The notes under the pieces were generated by a model. That model was not told the DNA's origin, did not search any database, and saw only the letters and a list, made by a program, of their open reading frames with translations. 64,000 nucleotides of DNA from Candidatus Multivorans sp. (GTDB lineage Bacteria; Acidobacteriota; Thermoanaerobaculia; Multivoradales; Multivoraceae), in the NCBI GenBank assembly GCA_965247095.1, contig OZ251997.1:1216001-1280000 (forward strand), read 5' to 3'. The position numbers and the translations under genes were made by a program. How positions within the stretch are numbered: the first letter of the stretch is position 1; each line of letters begins with the position of its first letter. Shown here one piece after another: positions 9,454 to 18,646 of this stretch.

Positions 9454-10065
9454 CTACGCCTTGGCGCTCGGACGCGTCGACACGGCCTGGTGCCAGCGGA
9501 ACAGGTTCGGCGTCTCCTCAGTGACCTTGAAGCCAGAGACCCGGCCGAAGTCGATCCCGATCAGGGCAGTGATGTCGGCGATCGAATACTCGTCGCCTGC
9601 GATGAACTCCCGGTCCGCGAGTTCGTCCTCGAGCCACGCCAGCCGCTTCGTCGCGTGGCGGCGCTGGGCCTCGCCGTAGTCGGGCACCTGTTCGATGCGG
9701 CCGGCGAAGAACTTGTGGGTGTTGCGGAACACCTGCATCATCGGCAGCGCGAGCTCGAGCTCCATCCTTCGCTGCCACATCTCGATGGTCGCCGCGTGCT
9801 TCGGATCGTCGCCGCCCATCAGGGCCGGCTCGGGCTGCAGGTTCTCGAAGTACCGGCAGATGGCAATCGACTCGGCGATGAAGGTGCCGTCGTCGAGTTC
9901 GAGCACCGGGACGCCGCCCATCGGGTTCTTGCTCAGGAACGGCTCCTGGCGGTTCTCGGAGGAAACCAGGTCGACCGGCACGATCGGCACCTCGATGCCC
10001 TTCTCGGCCAGGAAGATGCGCACACGGCGGCAGTTGGGGGCGGTGGCGGCTTCGTGTAGCTTCAT
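9454..10065 (-). CDS. glutathione S-transferase family protein
   Basis: APNCRRVRIFLAEKG, NPMGGVPVLELDDG...ES.AICRY and YSIADI. Confidence 0.93.
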   Translation of the reverse strand: MKLHEAATAPNCRRVRIFLAEKGIEVPIVPVDLVSSENRQEPFLSKNPMGGVPVLELDDGTFIAESIAICRYFENLQPEPALMGGDDPKHAATIEMWQRRMELELALPMMQVFRNTHKFFAGRIEQVPDYGEAQRRHATKRLAWLEDELADREFIAGDEYSIADITALIGIDFGRVSGFKVTEETPNLFRWHQAVSTRPSAKA

Positions 10066-10235
10066 GGCGTGCGAGGGTCTCCTGGTATTCGGAAGCTGAG
10101 GATGTTCGAGCGAGGGTCCTTGGGAGCGCGCGGAGTCTATCCCCAGTCGTCGGCCGGCCGACCCGCGGACACGTATGCTCGGACCAGGTTGCACCCGCTC
10201 GGTTTCGCCCCGCAATCAACCCCGTCGAGGCCTCG

Positions 10236-11033
10236 ATGATCGACCTGCTTCTCCAGCCGTCCTTCTGGGCGGCGCTGTTCTCGGTGACGCTGATTCAGAT
10301 CGCGCTGGGCGCCGACAACCTGATCATCATCACGATCATCGCCAACAAGCTGCCGGCCACCCGCCGCAAGCAGGCGATCCAGCTCGGCCTGGTGCTGGCG
10401 ATGGCGCTTCGCATCCTGCTGCTCCTGGTCGTCAGCCTGGTGTTGCAGGCCGCGACCACTCAACTCTGGCACCCCGACGGCTCGTTCCTGGGCGTCGAGG
10501 TTTCCGGCCAGGTCGACGGCAAGTCCCTGGTGCTGGTGATCGGCGGTCTGTTCCTGATCTGGAAGGGCGTCAAGGAGCTCCGGATCAAGCTGAAGGCGGT
10601 GGAGCACGAGGTCGCGAAGGCGAGCCGGTTCGCCGAGGTCGTGACCTTGATCGTCGGCATGAACCTGATCTTCTCGGTCGACTCCATCCTCACCGTCGTC
10701 GGCATGACCGACATCTTCGCGGTCATGGTCGGCTCGGTGCTCATCTCGGTGGCGTTGATGCTGCTCTTCGCCGGCCCGATCTCGCGGTTCCTCAGCTCGA
10801 ACCCCGAGTTCGAGATCCTCGGCCTGTTCGTCCTCCTGCTGATCGGCTTCGTGCTCATCCTCGAGGGCGGCCACAGCGCCCACCTGACCGTGAACGGCGC
10901 CCCGACCCCGTATATCCCCCAGTGGATCGTCATCTTCATCCTGCTGCTCATGTTCGGGCTCGACCTCTACCAGAACTGGTGGGAGCGCAAGCAGGAGGTG
11001 GATGCGGTGGAGCTCCACCGGCGACGGAAGTAG
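10236..11033 (+). CDS. TerC family integral membrane protein
   Basis: LGADNL..I, FSVDSILTVVGM and multiple TM helices. Confidence 0.9.
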   Translation: MIDLLLQPSFWAALFSVTLIQIALGADNLIIITIIANKLPATRRKQAIQLGLVLAMALRILLLLVVSLVLQAATTQLWHPDGSFLGVEVSGQVDGKSLVLVIGGLFLIWKGVKELRIKLKAVEHEVAKASRFAEVVTLIVGMNLIFSVDSILTVVGMTDIFAVMVGSVLISVALMLLFAGPISRFLSSNPEFEILGLFVLLLIGFVLILEGGHSAHLTVNGAPTPYIPQWIVIFILLLMFGLDLYQNWWERKQEVDAVELHRRRK

Positions 11034-11135
11034 GGCCAGCAAAGCCGACGTCGGGGCGGTGTACGATCGCCGCCCTTGCGCCCGGGGCGCTCACCTGCAG
11101 CGCAGCAAACTTCACTGCAATCTACTGGATCCGCC

Positions 11136-11840
11136 ATGCCAGAGAACGAGTCCGCCAGTTCCACAAAACCCACCCTCGCCATGCTCGGCGCCACCGGCGA
11201 CCTGGGCGGCGGCTTGGCCCGGCGCTGGGCCGCAGCCGGCTACCCCATTGTCATCGGCTCGCGCTCGCGCGAGAAGGGCGCCGGCTCAGCCGAGGACGTG
11301 AACAAGCAACTCACCGCGCTCGGTCTGGCCCCCACGGTGCGTGGCACGGACAATCTGACCGCCGCCGAAGAGGGCGACCTCGTCGTCCTGACCGTGCCGT
11401 ACGCCTTTCAACGAGCCACCCTGGAGGGGGTCCGCGACGCGCTCCAGGGGAAGATCCTGATCGACTGCACGGTGCCGCTCGTGCCGCCGAAGGTGGCGCG
11501 CGTGCAGCTCCCCGACGAGGGCTGCGCCGCGGTCATCGCGCAACAGACTGTCGGCCCGGACGTGCGGGTGGTCTCGGCCTTCCAGAACGTCGGCGCCGCG
11601 CACCTGCGTGAGGACGACGCGGTGGACTGCGATGTGCTGGTGACCGGCGACGACCCGGCCGCACGCGCCAAGGTCATCGAACTGATCGAAGCGCTGGGGA
11701 TGCGAGGCTGGCACGCCGGACCGCTTGACAACGCGGCCGCCGCCGAAGCGCTGACATCCATCCTGATCCAGTTGAACCGGAAGTACGGCATCGCCGGCGC
11801 GGGGATCCGGATCACCGGCGAACCGACCCGCACGCCCTGA
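11136..11840 (+). CDS. npdG: NADPH-dependent F420 reductase (F420H2:NADP+ oxidoreductase)
   Basis: LGATGDLGGGLARRWA...IGSR, LTVPY, SAFQNV, GPLDNA..AEALT; first gene of the F420 cluster. Confidence 0.92.
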   Translation: MPENESASSTKPTLAMLGATGDLGGGLARRWAAAGYPIVIGSRSREKGAGSAEDVNKQLTALGLAPTVRGTDNLTAAEEGDLVVLTVPYAFQRATLEGVRDALQGKILIDCTVPLVPPKVARVQLPDEGCAAVIAQQTVGPDVRVVSAFQNVGAAHLREDDAVDCDVLVTGDDPAARAKVIELIEALGMRGWHAGPLDNAAAAEALTSILIQLNRKYGIAGAGIRITGEPTRTP

Positions 11841-11929
11841 AGACCGTTGGCCCGCGGCCGCCTCCCACGCGGCACTCGCCGCGACACGGCGGGTAGCCTT
11901 CGGACTCCGACCCTCGCACCTCCTGCACC

Positions 11930-12691
11930 ATGCTGAGCATCAAGTCCGTACCCGACCTTCCCCAGGTCCAACCCGGTGACGATCTCCCGGCCTTGATCGC
12001 CGAAGCGATGGGTCGCGCTCGCCTGAAGTTGCGAGCCGGCGATGTGCTCGTCGTCGCGCAGAAGGTCGTCTCCAAGGCCGAGGGGCGGATCGTCGAGTTG
12101 GCTACCGTGGAGCCCCGCGCCGAGGCCGTTCGGCTCGCAGGGGAGGTCGACAAGGATCCCCGCCTGATCGAGCTGATCCTTCGCGAGTCGAACGAAGTGC
12201 TGCGTACTGCGCCCGGCGTGATCGTCGTCGAACACCGGCTCGGTCTCGTGCTGGCGAATGCCGGCATCGACCAGTCGAACCTCCGACCCGGCGACGGCCA
12301 CGGTTACGCCCTGCTCCTGCCCGAGGATCCGGACGCTTCGGCGGCCGCGCTGCGCGACGCCCTGACGGCCCACTTCGGAATCGGCAACATCGCCGTCATC
12401 GTCAACGACAGCGTCGGCCGCGCCTGGCGGCTGGGAACCGTCGGTCTGGCTATCGGCGTCGCCGGCATGACGGCGCTCTGGGACCTGCGCGGCGAGCGCG
12501 ACCTGTTCGACCGCGAGCTCCTGGTTTCCGAGACCGGCATCGCCGACCAGGTCGCGAGCGCCGCCCAGATCGTCCAGGGCGAGGGCGCCGAGGGCACGCC
12601 GGTGGTCCGGGTCCGCGGTCTGCCGGAGCTCGGGCCGGCCCAGACCGCCCGCGCCCTGCTCCGACCACGCAACCAGGACCTGTTCCGGTGA
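11930..12691 (+). CDS. cofE: coenzyme F420-0:L-glutamate ligase (stand-alone, no nitroreductase domain)
   Basis: GDDL, AQKVVSKAEGR, ANAGIDQSN, LLPEDPDASA, DS.GRAWR.G and GEG.EG.P. Confidence 0.95.
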   Translation: MLSIKSVPDLPQVQPGDDLPALIAEAMGRARLKLRAGDVLVVAQKVVSKAEGRIVELATVEPRAEAVRLAGEVDKDPRLIELILRESNEVLRTAPGVIVVEHRLGLVLANAGIDQSNLRPGDGHGYALLLPEDPDASAAALRDALTAHFGIGNIAVIVNDSVGRAWRLGTVGLAIGVAGMTALWDLRGERDLFDRELLVSETGIADQVASAAQIVQGEGAEGTPVVRVRGLPELGPAQTARALLRPRNQDLFR

Positions 12692-13695
12692 ACACCGTCC
12701 CCGGCCGCTGCCTCGCGCTGTCGGGCGGCGTCGGCGGCGCCAAGCTCGCCCTCGGGCTGTCGCGGGTCCTGCCGCCGGAGGCCCTGACCGTCGTCTGCAA
12801 CACCGCCGACGACTTCGACCATCTGGGCCTCCGGATCTGCCCCGATCTCGACACGGTGATGTACACGCTTGCCGGGGTCGCCAACCGCGTCACCGGTTGG
12901 GGACAGGCGCACGAGACCTGGTCGTTCCTCGAGGCGCTTTCGCAGCTCGGCGGAGAGACCTGGTTCCGGCTCGGCGACCGCGACCTCGCGACCCATGTGG
13001 AGCGGACCCACAGGCTCAGCGCCGGCGAGAGCCTGACCGCGGTGACCGCCCGCCTGTGCCGGGGACTCGGCGTCGAAGCCGAGGTCCTCCCGATGAGCGA
13101 CGACCCGGTCCGGACCGTCGTCCGCACCCCGTCCGGCGAACTGAGCTTCCAGCACTACTTCGTGCGCGACCGCTGCGCCCCGGCGGTGACCGGGTTTCGC
13201 TTCGACGGCATCGAACGCGCACGTGCGGCGCCGGACTTCATCGCGGCGTTGGAAGACGATGCGACGGCGGCGGTCGTCATCTGCCCTTCAAACCCGTTCG
13301 TCAGCGTCGATCCGGTGCTGGCGTTGCCGGGAGTCGAAACGGCGCTGCGCGACACGCCGGCGCCGGTGATCGCGGTCTCACCCATCGTCGGCGGCCAAGC
13401 CATCAAGGGTCCGGCGGCCAAGATGATGGCCGAACTGCAGATGCCCGTGACGGCGGCGGCCGTTGCCCGCCACTACCGGGAGCGCGACCTTCTAGACGGC
13501 TTCATCGTCGACCACGCGGACGCTTCCGAGGCAGCGGAGATCGAGCGCACCGGTCTGCCGACCCTGGTCACCGGCACGGTGATGGAAAGCCTGGCCGACC
13601 GGGAGCGTCTGGCGCGTGAGGTGCTCGACTTCGCCGGCACACTGGACCTCCGGCCGAGCGTTCCGGTCGAAACGGCGCGGGACACCGAACCGTGA
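12688..13695 (+). CDS. cofD: 2-phospho-L-lactate/PEP transferase (FbiA)
   Basis: LSGGVGGAKL, NTADD, CPDLDTVMY, WFRLGDRD and PSNPFVS. Confidence 0.96.
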   Translation: MNTVPGRCLALSGGVGGAKLALGLSRVLPPEALTVVCNTADDFDHLGLRICPDLDTVMYTLAGVANRVTGWGQAHETWSFLEALSQLGGETWFRLGDRDLATHVERTHRLSAGESLTAVTARLCRGLGVEAEVLPMSDDPVRTVVRTPSGELSFQHYFVRDRCAPAVTGFRFDGIERARAAPDFIAALEDDATAAVVICPSNPFVSVDPVLALPGVETALRDTPAPVIAVSPIVGGQAIKGPAAKMMAELQMPVTAAAVARHYRERDLLDGFIVDHADASEAAEIERTGLPTLVTGTVMESLADRERLAREVLDFAGTLDLRPSVPVETARDTEP

Positions 13696-14402
13696 CCACC
13701 GGCGGTCTCTGGACCGTCCTGCCGGTCAAGGCCTGGGCCGAGGCCAAACGGCGGTTGTCCCCGGTGTTGAGCGGCGAGGAGCGCCAGGAACTCGCCCGCT
13801 CGATGCTCGACGACCTGCTGGGGGCGATCGGGGGCGCCGCCCGGGTCACCGGCGTGCTCGCCGTCACCTCGGACCGGGTGGCCGGCGAGTACCTGGCCAG
13901 CGCCGGCTGCGAGATCCTTCCCGAACCCCGGCGCGGCCTGAACCGGGCGCTGGGCACTGCCGCCGAGGAACTCAAGGGCCGCGGCGCATCGACGATGCTG
14001 GTGTTGCCGGTCGACCTGCCGCTGGTCACGGCACGGGACCTGGACGCACTCTGCGCACACCATCGGGAGAGCCGGAACGAGGGTGGCGGGGATCGGGCCG
14101 CGCGAGCCGCAGTCACCGTCGCGCCCGACCGTTTCCGTTCCGGCACCAACGCCCTCGTCTGTTCGCCGCCCGGCTGTATTCCGTTCCGCTTCGGCGACGG
14201 CAGTTTCCACGCGCATCTACGCGAAGCGGAACGGTCCGGCGCCGCGGCCTCCAGCCTCGACCTCGACGGACTGAGCCTCGACGTCGACCATCCGGACGAC
14301 CTGGCCGAACTGCTGCGCCGCGACAATTCGAGCCGGAGCTCCCGCTTTCTAAACGCCATCGGCACAGCAAAGCGGCTGGAAGCCCGCCAAAGTCCGGGCT
14401 GA
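13692..14402 (+). CDS. cofC: 2-phospho-L-lactate/PEP guanylyltransferase (FbiD)
   Basis: PVK....AK.RLS, GLN.A, DLP, APDR..SGTNAL, FGDGS and DVD.PDDL. Confidence 0.93.
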   Translation: MTTGGLWTVLPVKAWAEAKRRLSPVLSGEERQELARSMLDDLLGAIGGAARVTGVLAVTSDRVAGEYLASAGCEILPEPRRGLNRALGTAAEELKGRGASTMLVLPVDLPLVTARDLDALCAHHRESRNEGGGDRAARAAVTVAPDRFRSGTNALVCSPPGCIPFRFGDGSFHAHLREAERSGAAASSLDLDGLSLDVDHPDDLAELLRRDNSSRSSRFLNAIGTAKRLEARQSPG

Positions 14403-14446
14403 TACCGTTCGCTCTCCGCCGTTCCCGCCTGGCCTGCAGATCAACC

Positions 14447-16978
14447 GTGTCCCTGCCGACTACCACCTATCTCGACCGCCGTCCGACGCCGGACGAGGCG
14501 CGCGCGCTCAGCCAGATCGGTTCGGGCAACGGTCTCGACGAGCTGATCGAGGTCGCCGGCGAACTCCGCGACCAGGGCCACGGCAATCTCGTCTCCTACT
14601 CGCGCAAGGTGTTCCTGCCACTGACCCACCTGTGCCGGGACATCTGCCACTACTGCGTCTTCGCCCGAGCCCCGAAGAAGGGCGAGGCGGCCTACATGCC
14701 GCTCGACACCGTCCTGAACCAGGCCCGCCTCGCCGCCGCCGCCGGCTGCAAGGAAGCGCTGTTCACGCTCGGCGACAAGCCGGAGTTGCGGTACAAGGCC
14801 GCCCGCGAAGGCCTGGCCGAACTCGGCCACGACACGACCCTCTCCTACCTGCGCGAGGCCGCCGAACGGGTACTGACCGAGACCGGACTCCTGCCCCACC
14901 TGAACCCGGGCCTGATGACCGCCGAGGACATCGAGCGTCTACGCCCCGTGTCGCCGTCCATGGGCATCATGCTTGAGAGCGTCTCGATGCGCCTGCACGA
15001 GAAGGGCCAGGCGCACTACGGCTGCCCCGACAAGGTGCCGGCGCGACGGCTGGAGACGCTCCGGCTGGCAGGCGAGGCGCGGGTGCCCTTCACCTCCGGC
15101 ATCCTGATCGGCATCGGCGAGACCCGCGAGGAACGGATCGACGCCCTGCTCGCGATGCGCGACCTGCACGACGAGTACGGGCATATCCAGGAAGTCATCA
15201 TCCAGAACTTCCGCGCCAAGCCCGAGACCCGGATGGCGGACGCACCCGAGCCGACGCTCGAGGATCTGCTGTGGACGATCGCCGCGGCCCGCCTCGTGCT
15301 CGGACCCGAGATGCACATCCAGGCGCCGCCCAACCTGAGCCCGGGCGTCCTGCCGCAACTCGTCGCGGCCGGCATCGACGACTGGGGCGGCGTGTCGCCG
15401 GTCACGCCCGACTTCGTCAACCCGGAGGCGCCCTGGCCGCACCTCGAACGCCTGGCCGAAGAGACCGCCTCCGCCGGCAAGACCCTGATCGAGCGGCTGA
15501 CCGTCTACCCGGAGTGGGCTATCTGTGGGGAGCGTTGGCTCGACGACGGCCGCGCCCAGAGCCGCGACATCCGCCGCATGGGCGGTGTCCGCGCCGCAGT
15601 GCTGCAGCGGATCGACGCCACCGGGCTGCCCCGCACGGACGAATGGTCTCCCGGCGAACAGACGCCGCCCCCACGCGAGCTGCTGGACGCGGTCACGTGG
15701 CCGGCGGGCTGGAACGGCAATGGCAGCAGGAACGGCAACGGCGGCCGGGCGACCATCCAGGCGATCCTCGACCGCGCCCGCGCCGGCGAGGACCTGACCG
15801 AGGGCCAGATCGCCACCCTGTTCGGCGCCCGCGGCGCCGACTTCACCGCTGTCTGTTCCGCCGCCGACCAGATCCGTCGCGACACCAACGGCGACACGGT
15901 GACCTACGTCGTCAACCGGAACATCAACTACACGAACGTCTGCTACTTCAAGTGCCAGTTCTGCGCCTTCTCCAAGGGGAAGCTGAGCGAGAACCTGCGC
16001 GGCAAGCCCTACGACCTCGAACTCGAGGAGGTCATGCGCCGCACCGTGGAGGCGTGGCAGCGCGGCGCGACCGAAGTCTGCATGCAGGGCGGCATCCATC
16101 CGGACTACACGGGCAAGACCTACATCGGCATCTGCCGCGCGGTGAAGGAGGCGGTGCCTGAGATCCACGTCCACGCCTTCTCGCCGCTCGAGGTCTGGCA
16201 GGGGGCGGCGACACTCGACATGCCGCTGCGCGACTACCTGCTGCGCCTCAAGGACGCGGGGCTGGGCACCCTCCCCGGCACCGCCGCCGAGATCCTCGAC
16301 GACGAGATTCGCGCGATCATCTGCCCCGACAAGCTGAACACGGACCAGTGGCTCGAGGTGATGGAGACCGCCCACGGCATCGGCTACCGCACCACGGCGA
16401 CGATCATGTACGGCCACGTCGACCGTCCCCGCAACTGGGCCCGCCACCTGCTCCGCCTGCGCAACCTGCAGAAGCGCACCCGCGGCTTCACAGAGTTCGT
16501 GCCCCTGCCCTTCGTGCACATGGAGGCGCCGCTCTACCTCAAGGGCCGCGCACGCAAGGGACCGACCTTCCGCGAGGCCGTGCTCATGCACGCGGTTGCC
16601 CGCCTCGGGCTGCACCCCTGGTTCGAGAACATCCAGGCCTCCTGGGTCAAGATGGGGCCGGAGGGCGTCGCGGCCTGCCTCCGGGCCGGCGTGAACGACC
16701 TCGGCGGCACGCTGATGAACGAGAGCATCACCCGCGCCGCCGGCGCCGAGCATGGCCAGGAACTGCCGCCGTCGGAGATGGAGACGCTGATCCGAAGCGC
16801 CGGCCGCATCCCGAGACAGCGGACGACCCCGTACGGCACGCCGCCGCCGGAACGGGTCGAGGCGTCCTTCCAGGCCGCGGAGCTGGCCGCCGTCCTGAAC
16901 ACGCCGGCCCACCGCTACGAGCGCACCGCCCCGCTGCGGCTCGTGCGGCCGGGTCTGGAAGCGGACGGTAGCGGCTAG
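14447..16978 (+). CDS. fbiC: bifunctional FO synthase (CofG-CofH fusion)
   Basis: Two radical-SAM CxxxCxxC motifs (CRDICHYC, CYFKCQFC), DWGGVSPVTPD and NDLGGTLMNESI; start placed at GTG 14447. Confidence 0.95.
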   Translation: MSLPTTTYLDRRPTPDEARALSQIGSGNGLDELIEVAGELRDQGHGNLVSYSRKVFLPLTHLCRDICHYCVFARAPKKGEAAYMPLDTVLNQARLAAAAGCKEALFTLGDKPELRYKAAREGLAELGHDTTLSYLREAAERVLTETGLLPHLNPGLMTAEDIERLRPVSPSMGIMLESVSMRLHEKGQAHYGCPDKVPARRLETLRLAGEARVPFTSGILIGIGETREERIDALLAMRDLHDEYGHIQEVIIQNFRAKPETRMADAPEPTLEDLLWTIAAARLVLGPEMHIQAPPNLSPGVLPQLVAAGIDDWGGVSPVTPDFVNPEAPWPHLERLAEETASAGKTLIERLTVYPEWAICGERWLDDGRAQSRDIRRMGGVRAAVLQRIDATGLPRTDEWSPGEQTPPPRELLDAVTWPAGWNGNGSRNGNGGRATIQAILDRARAGEDLTEGQIATLFGARGADFTAVCSAADQIRRDTNGDTVTYVVNRNINYTNVCYFKCQFCAFSKGKLSENLRGKPYDLELEEVMRRTVEAWQRGATEVCMQGGIHPDYTGKTYIGICRAVKEAVPEIHVHAFSPLEVWQGAATLDMPLRDYLLRLKDAGLGTLPGTAAEILDDEIRAIICPDKLNTDQWLEVMETAHGIGYRTTATIMYGHVDRPRNWARHLLRLRNLQKRTRGFTEFVPLPFVHMEAPLYLKGRARKGPTFREAVLMHAVARLGLHPWFENIQASWVKMGPEGVAACLRAGVNDLGGTLMNESITRAAGAEHGQELPPSEMETLIRSAGRIPRQRTTPYGTPPPERVEASFQAAELAAVLNTPAHRYERTAPLRLVRPGLEADGSG

Positions 16979-16996
16979 AACCTACGACCCGGATCC

Positions 16997-17020
16997 TGGG
17001 CACGCGGGCATCCTGCCCGC
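16997..17020 (+). repeat. REP-like palindrome (TGGGCAC + GCGGGCA-TCC-TGCCCGC)
   Basis: Perfect 7-bp stem with 3-nt loop in an intergenic region; same architecture as 17851-17874. Confidence 0.55.
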
Positions 17021-17100
17021 ATCCAGCGCGAAAGCGCCGGCTTCGCTGGCGCCGGCATGAGGAAGGCCTGGAGTAGGATCTCCGCTGCAGGAGGCTTCTC

Positions 17101-17379
17101 ATGGAACTCGCGATCACCAAGGCCAAAGCGCGCCTATCCGAGCTCGTCACCGCCGCTCAGAACGGCGAGCGTGTCGTCATCACGAAGCACGGCGAACCCG
17201 CCGTCGAGCTCATCGGCTGCCGCAAGCGCCGCCGCGGCGGGTTCGACTGGAAGAAGCTTGAGGCCAACCGCCGCCGGCTCGGTATCAAGGAGCCCTCGCC
17301 TGAAGAAGCGGCGGCCTGGAAAGCCGACTTCGAAGACGCCGCCTTCAGCAGGACGGTTCTAGGCCTCGACGAAGGCTAG
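17101..17379 (+). CDS. Phd/YefM family antitoxin (copy 1)
   Basis: ITKAKARLSELV.AA..GERVVITKHG.P..EL; GGAGG SD; directly upstream of a PIN toxin. Confidence 0.92.
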   Translation: MELAITKAKARLSELVTAAQNGERVVITKHGEPAVELIGCRKRRRGGFDWKKLEANRRRLGIKEPSPEEAAAWKADFEDAAFSRTVLGLDEG

Positions 17380-17393
17380 TCGGCTAACCGTCG

Positions 17394-17789
17394 TTGCGCA
17401 TTCTTCTGGACACCTTCTATCTGTACCGTCTGATGACGGGCTACGGGCGGTTTCGCGATCCCGAGCGCCGCTTCTTCGACCAGAACGCTGCAGAGCTTCA
17501 CGTCAGTGCCGTGTCGATCTGGGAGATGCGGCTCAAGTACAACTCGCGACGCGCCTCGGGCGAGCGGAAGAGCCCATTCGACCCGAACGACGTTCTGGCC
17601 ACGCTTGAAGGGCTCGGCATCGCTCTCCTCACGATTACTCCACACCATTCCGCCCGGGAACTGGCTACTCCCATTCCCCACAGCGACCCCTTCGACGAAC
17701 TCCTCCTCGTGCAGGCCCAAGAGGAAGATCTCAGGCTCCTCACAACGGACCGTCAGCTCATCGATCACCCCCTCTCCGTCACGCCATAG
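17394..17789 (+). CDS. vapC: VapC/PIN-domain toxin (copy 1)
   Basis: RILLDT, VSAVSIWE, H.DPFD.LL..QA..E and LLT.D. Confidence 0.92.
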   Translation: MRILLDTFYLYRLMTGYGRFRDPERRFFDQNAAELHVSAVSIWEMRLKYNSRRASGERKSPFDPNDVLATLEGLGIALLTITPHHSARELATPIPHSDPFDELLLVQAQEEDLRLLTTDRQLIDHPLSVTP

Positions 17790-17850
17790 ACGCCCGGCGC
17801 CTGAACGCGTTTCATCCTCGTCCCCGACGATCGGCACGCCGAGCGGTTCG

Positions 17851-17874
17851 TGGGCGCCCGGCGCGGAGCGCCGG
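17851..17874 (+). repeat. REP-like palindrome (TGGGCGC + CCGGCGC-GGA-GCGCCGG)
   Basis: Perfect 7-bp stem with 3-nt loop behind a TGGGCRC tag. Confidence 0.5.
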
Positions 17875-17937
17875 CACCCGCGAGTCCCGCTACGCATCAC
17901 TGTCCTGCGTTCCCATCCCCGACGCAGGAGGTTCAGC

Positions 17938-18216
17938 GTGGAACTCGCAATCACCAAGGCCAAGGCGCGCCTCTCCGAACTCGTGACCGCCGCCCAAAAC
18001 GGCGAGCGGGTCGTCATCACGAAGCGCAGCGAGCCCGCCGTCGAACTCGTCGGCTGCGCCGAGCGCCGCAAGGCTGGCTTCGAATGGGACAAGTGGGAGG
18101 CGACGCGCCGCCGGCTTGGAATCAAGGATGCGCCTCCTGAAGAGGCCAAGGCGATGCGGGATGCGTTCCACGACGCCGCGCTGAGCCGGCGTGTCCTCGG
18201 CCTCGAAGACGATTAG
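17938..18216 (+). CDS. Phd/YefM family antitoxin (copy 2)
   Basis: GTG start with GGAGG SD; 92 aa like copy 1, N-terminal half nearly identical. Confidence 0.9.
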   Translation: MELAITKAKARLSELVTAAQNGERVVITKRSEPAVELVGCAERRKAGFEWDKWEATRRRLGIKDAPPEEAKAMRDAFHDAALSRRVLGLEDD

Positions 18217-18238
18217 GTCCCCCAGGGACGTCTCGGAA

Positions 18239-18630
18239 GTGCGTGTCCTCCTTGACACGTCGTTCTTGTACGACCTGATGGAGTCCTACGGTGAGTTCCC
18301 GGAGTCGATTGGGGTCTTTCTCGAGGAGCACGGGGCCGACCTGTCGTGAGCGCGGTCTCGATCTGGGAGATGAGGCTGAAGTACCGAGCGCTCCATCCCT
18401 CGGGTGACCGCAAGAGCCCCTACGATCCGAATCAGGTAGTCGCCATGCTCAAGGGCCACAAGGCGAATTTCGTACCCCTTAAGGCGCAGCACGCTGCGTG
18501 CGAACTCGAGACCCCGATTCCCCATAAGGACCCCTTCGACGAGCTGCTGCTCGTGCAGGCCCAGGAAGAGGGTCTCAAGTTTCTCACCGAGGATCGGCAG
18601 CTTTCGGGACACCCGCTGGCCGTCACGCCT
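18239..18630 (+). pseudogene. vapC: VapC/PIN toxin (copy 2), frameshifted and lacking its native stop
   Basis: VRVLLDTSFLY...GADLS* (18239-18349) continues in another frame as VSAVSIWE...HKDPFDELLLVQAQEE...LAVTP. There is no stop where copy 1 ends; the frame stays open to 18951. Confidence 0.8.
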
Positions 18631-18646
18631 ACAGTCTCGAGAATCC

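Noticed and set aside
13616-14446. 277-aa N-terminal extension of fbiC in the ORF track
   Set aside because: It overlaps cofC entirely in another frame and is R/P/G-rich junk; homology starts near GTG 14447
17790-17938. Possible integron attC site between TA modules (CTGAAC...GTTCAG)
   Set aside because: It does not fit RYYYAAC/GTTRRRY with L boxes, is not repeated after other genes, and there is no integrase in the window
18335-18352. Programmed ribosomal frameshift in vapC2
   Set aside because: No slippery heptamer or homopolymer run at the shift site
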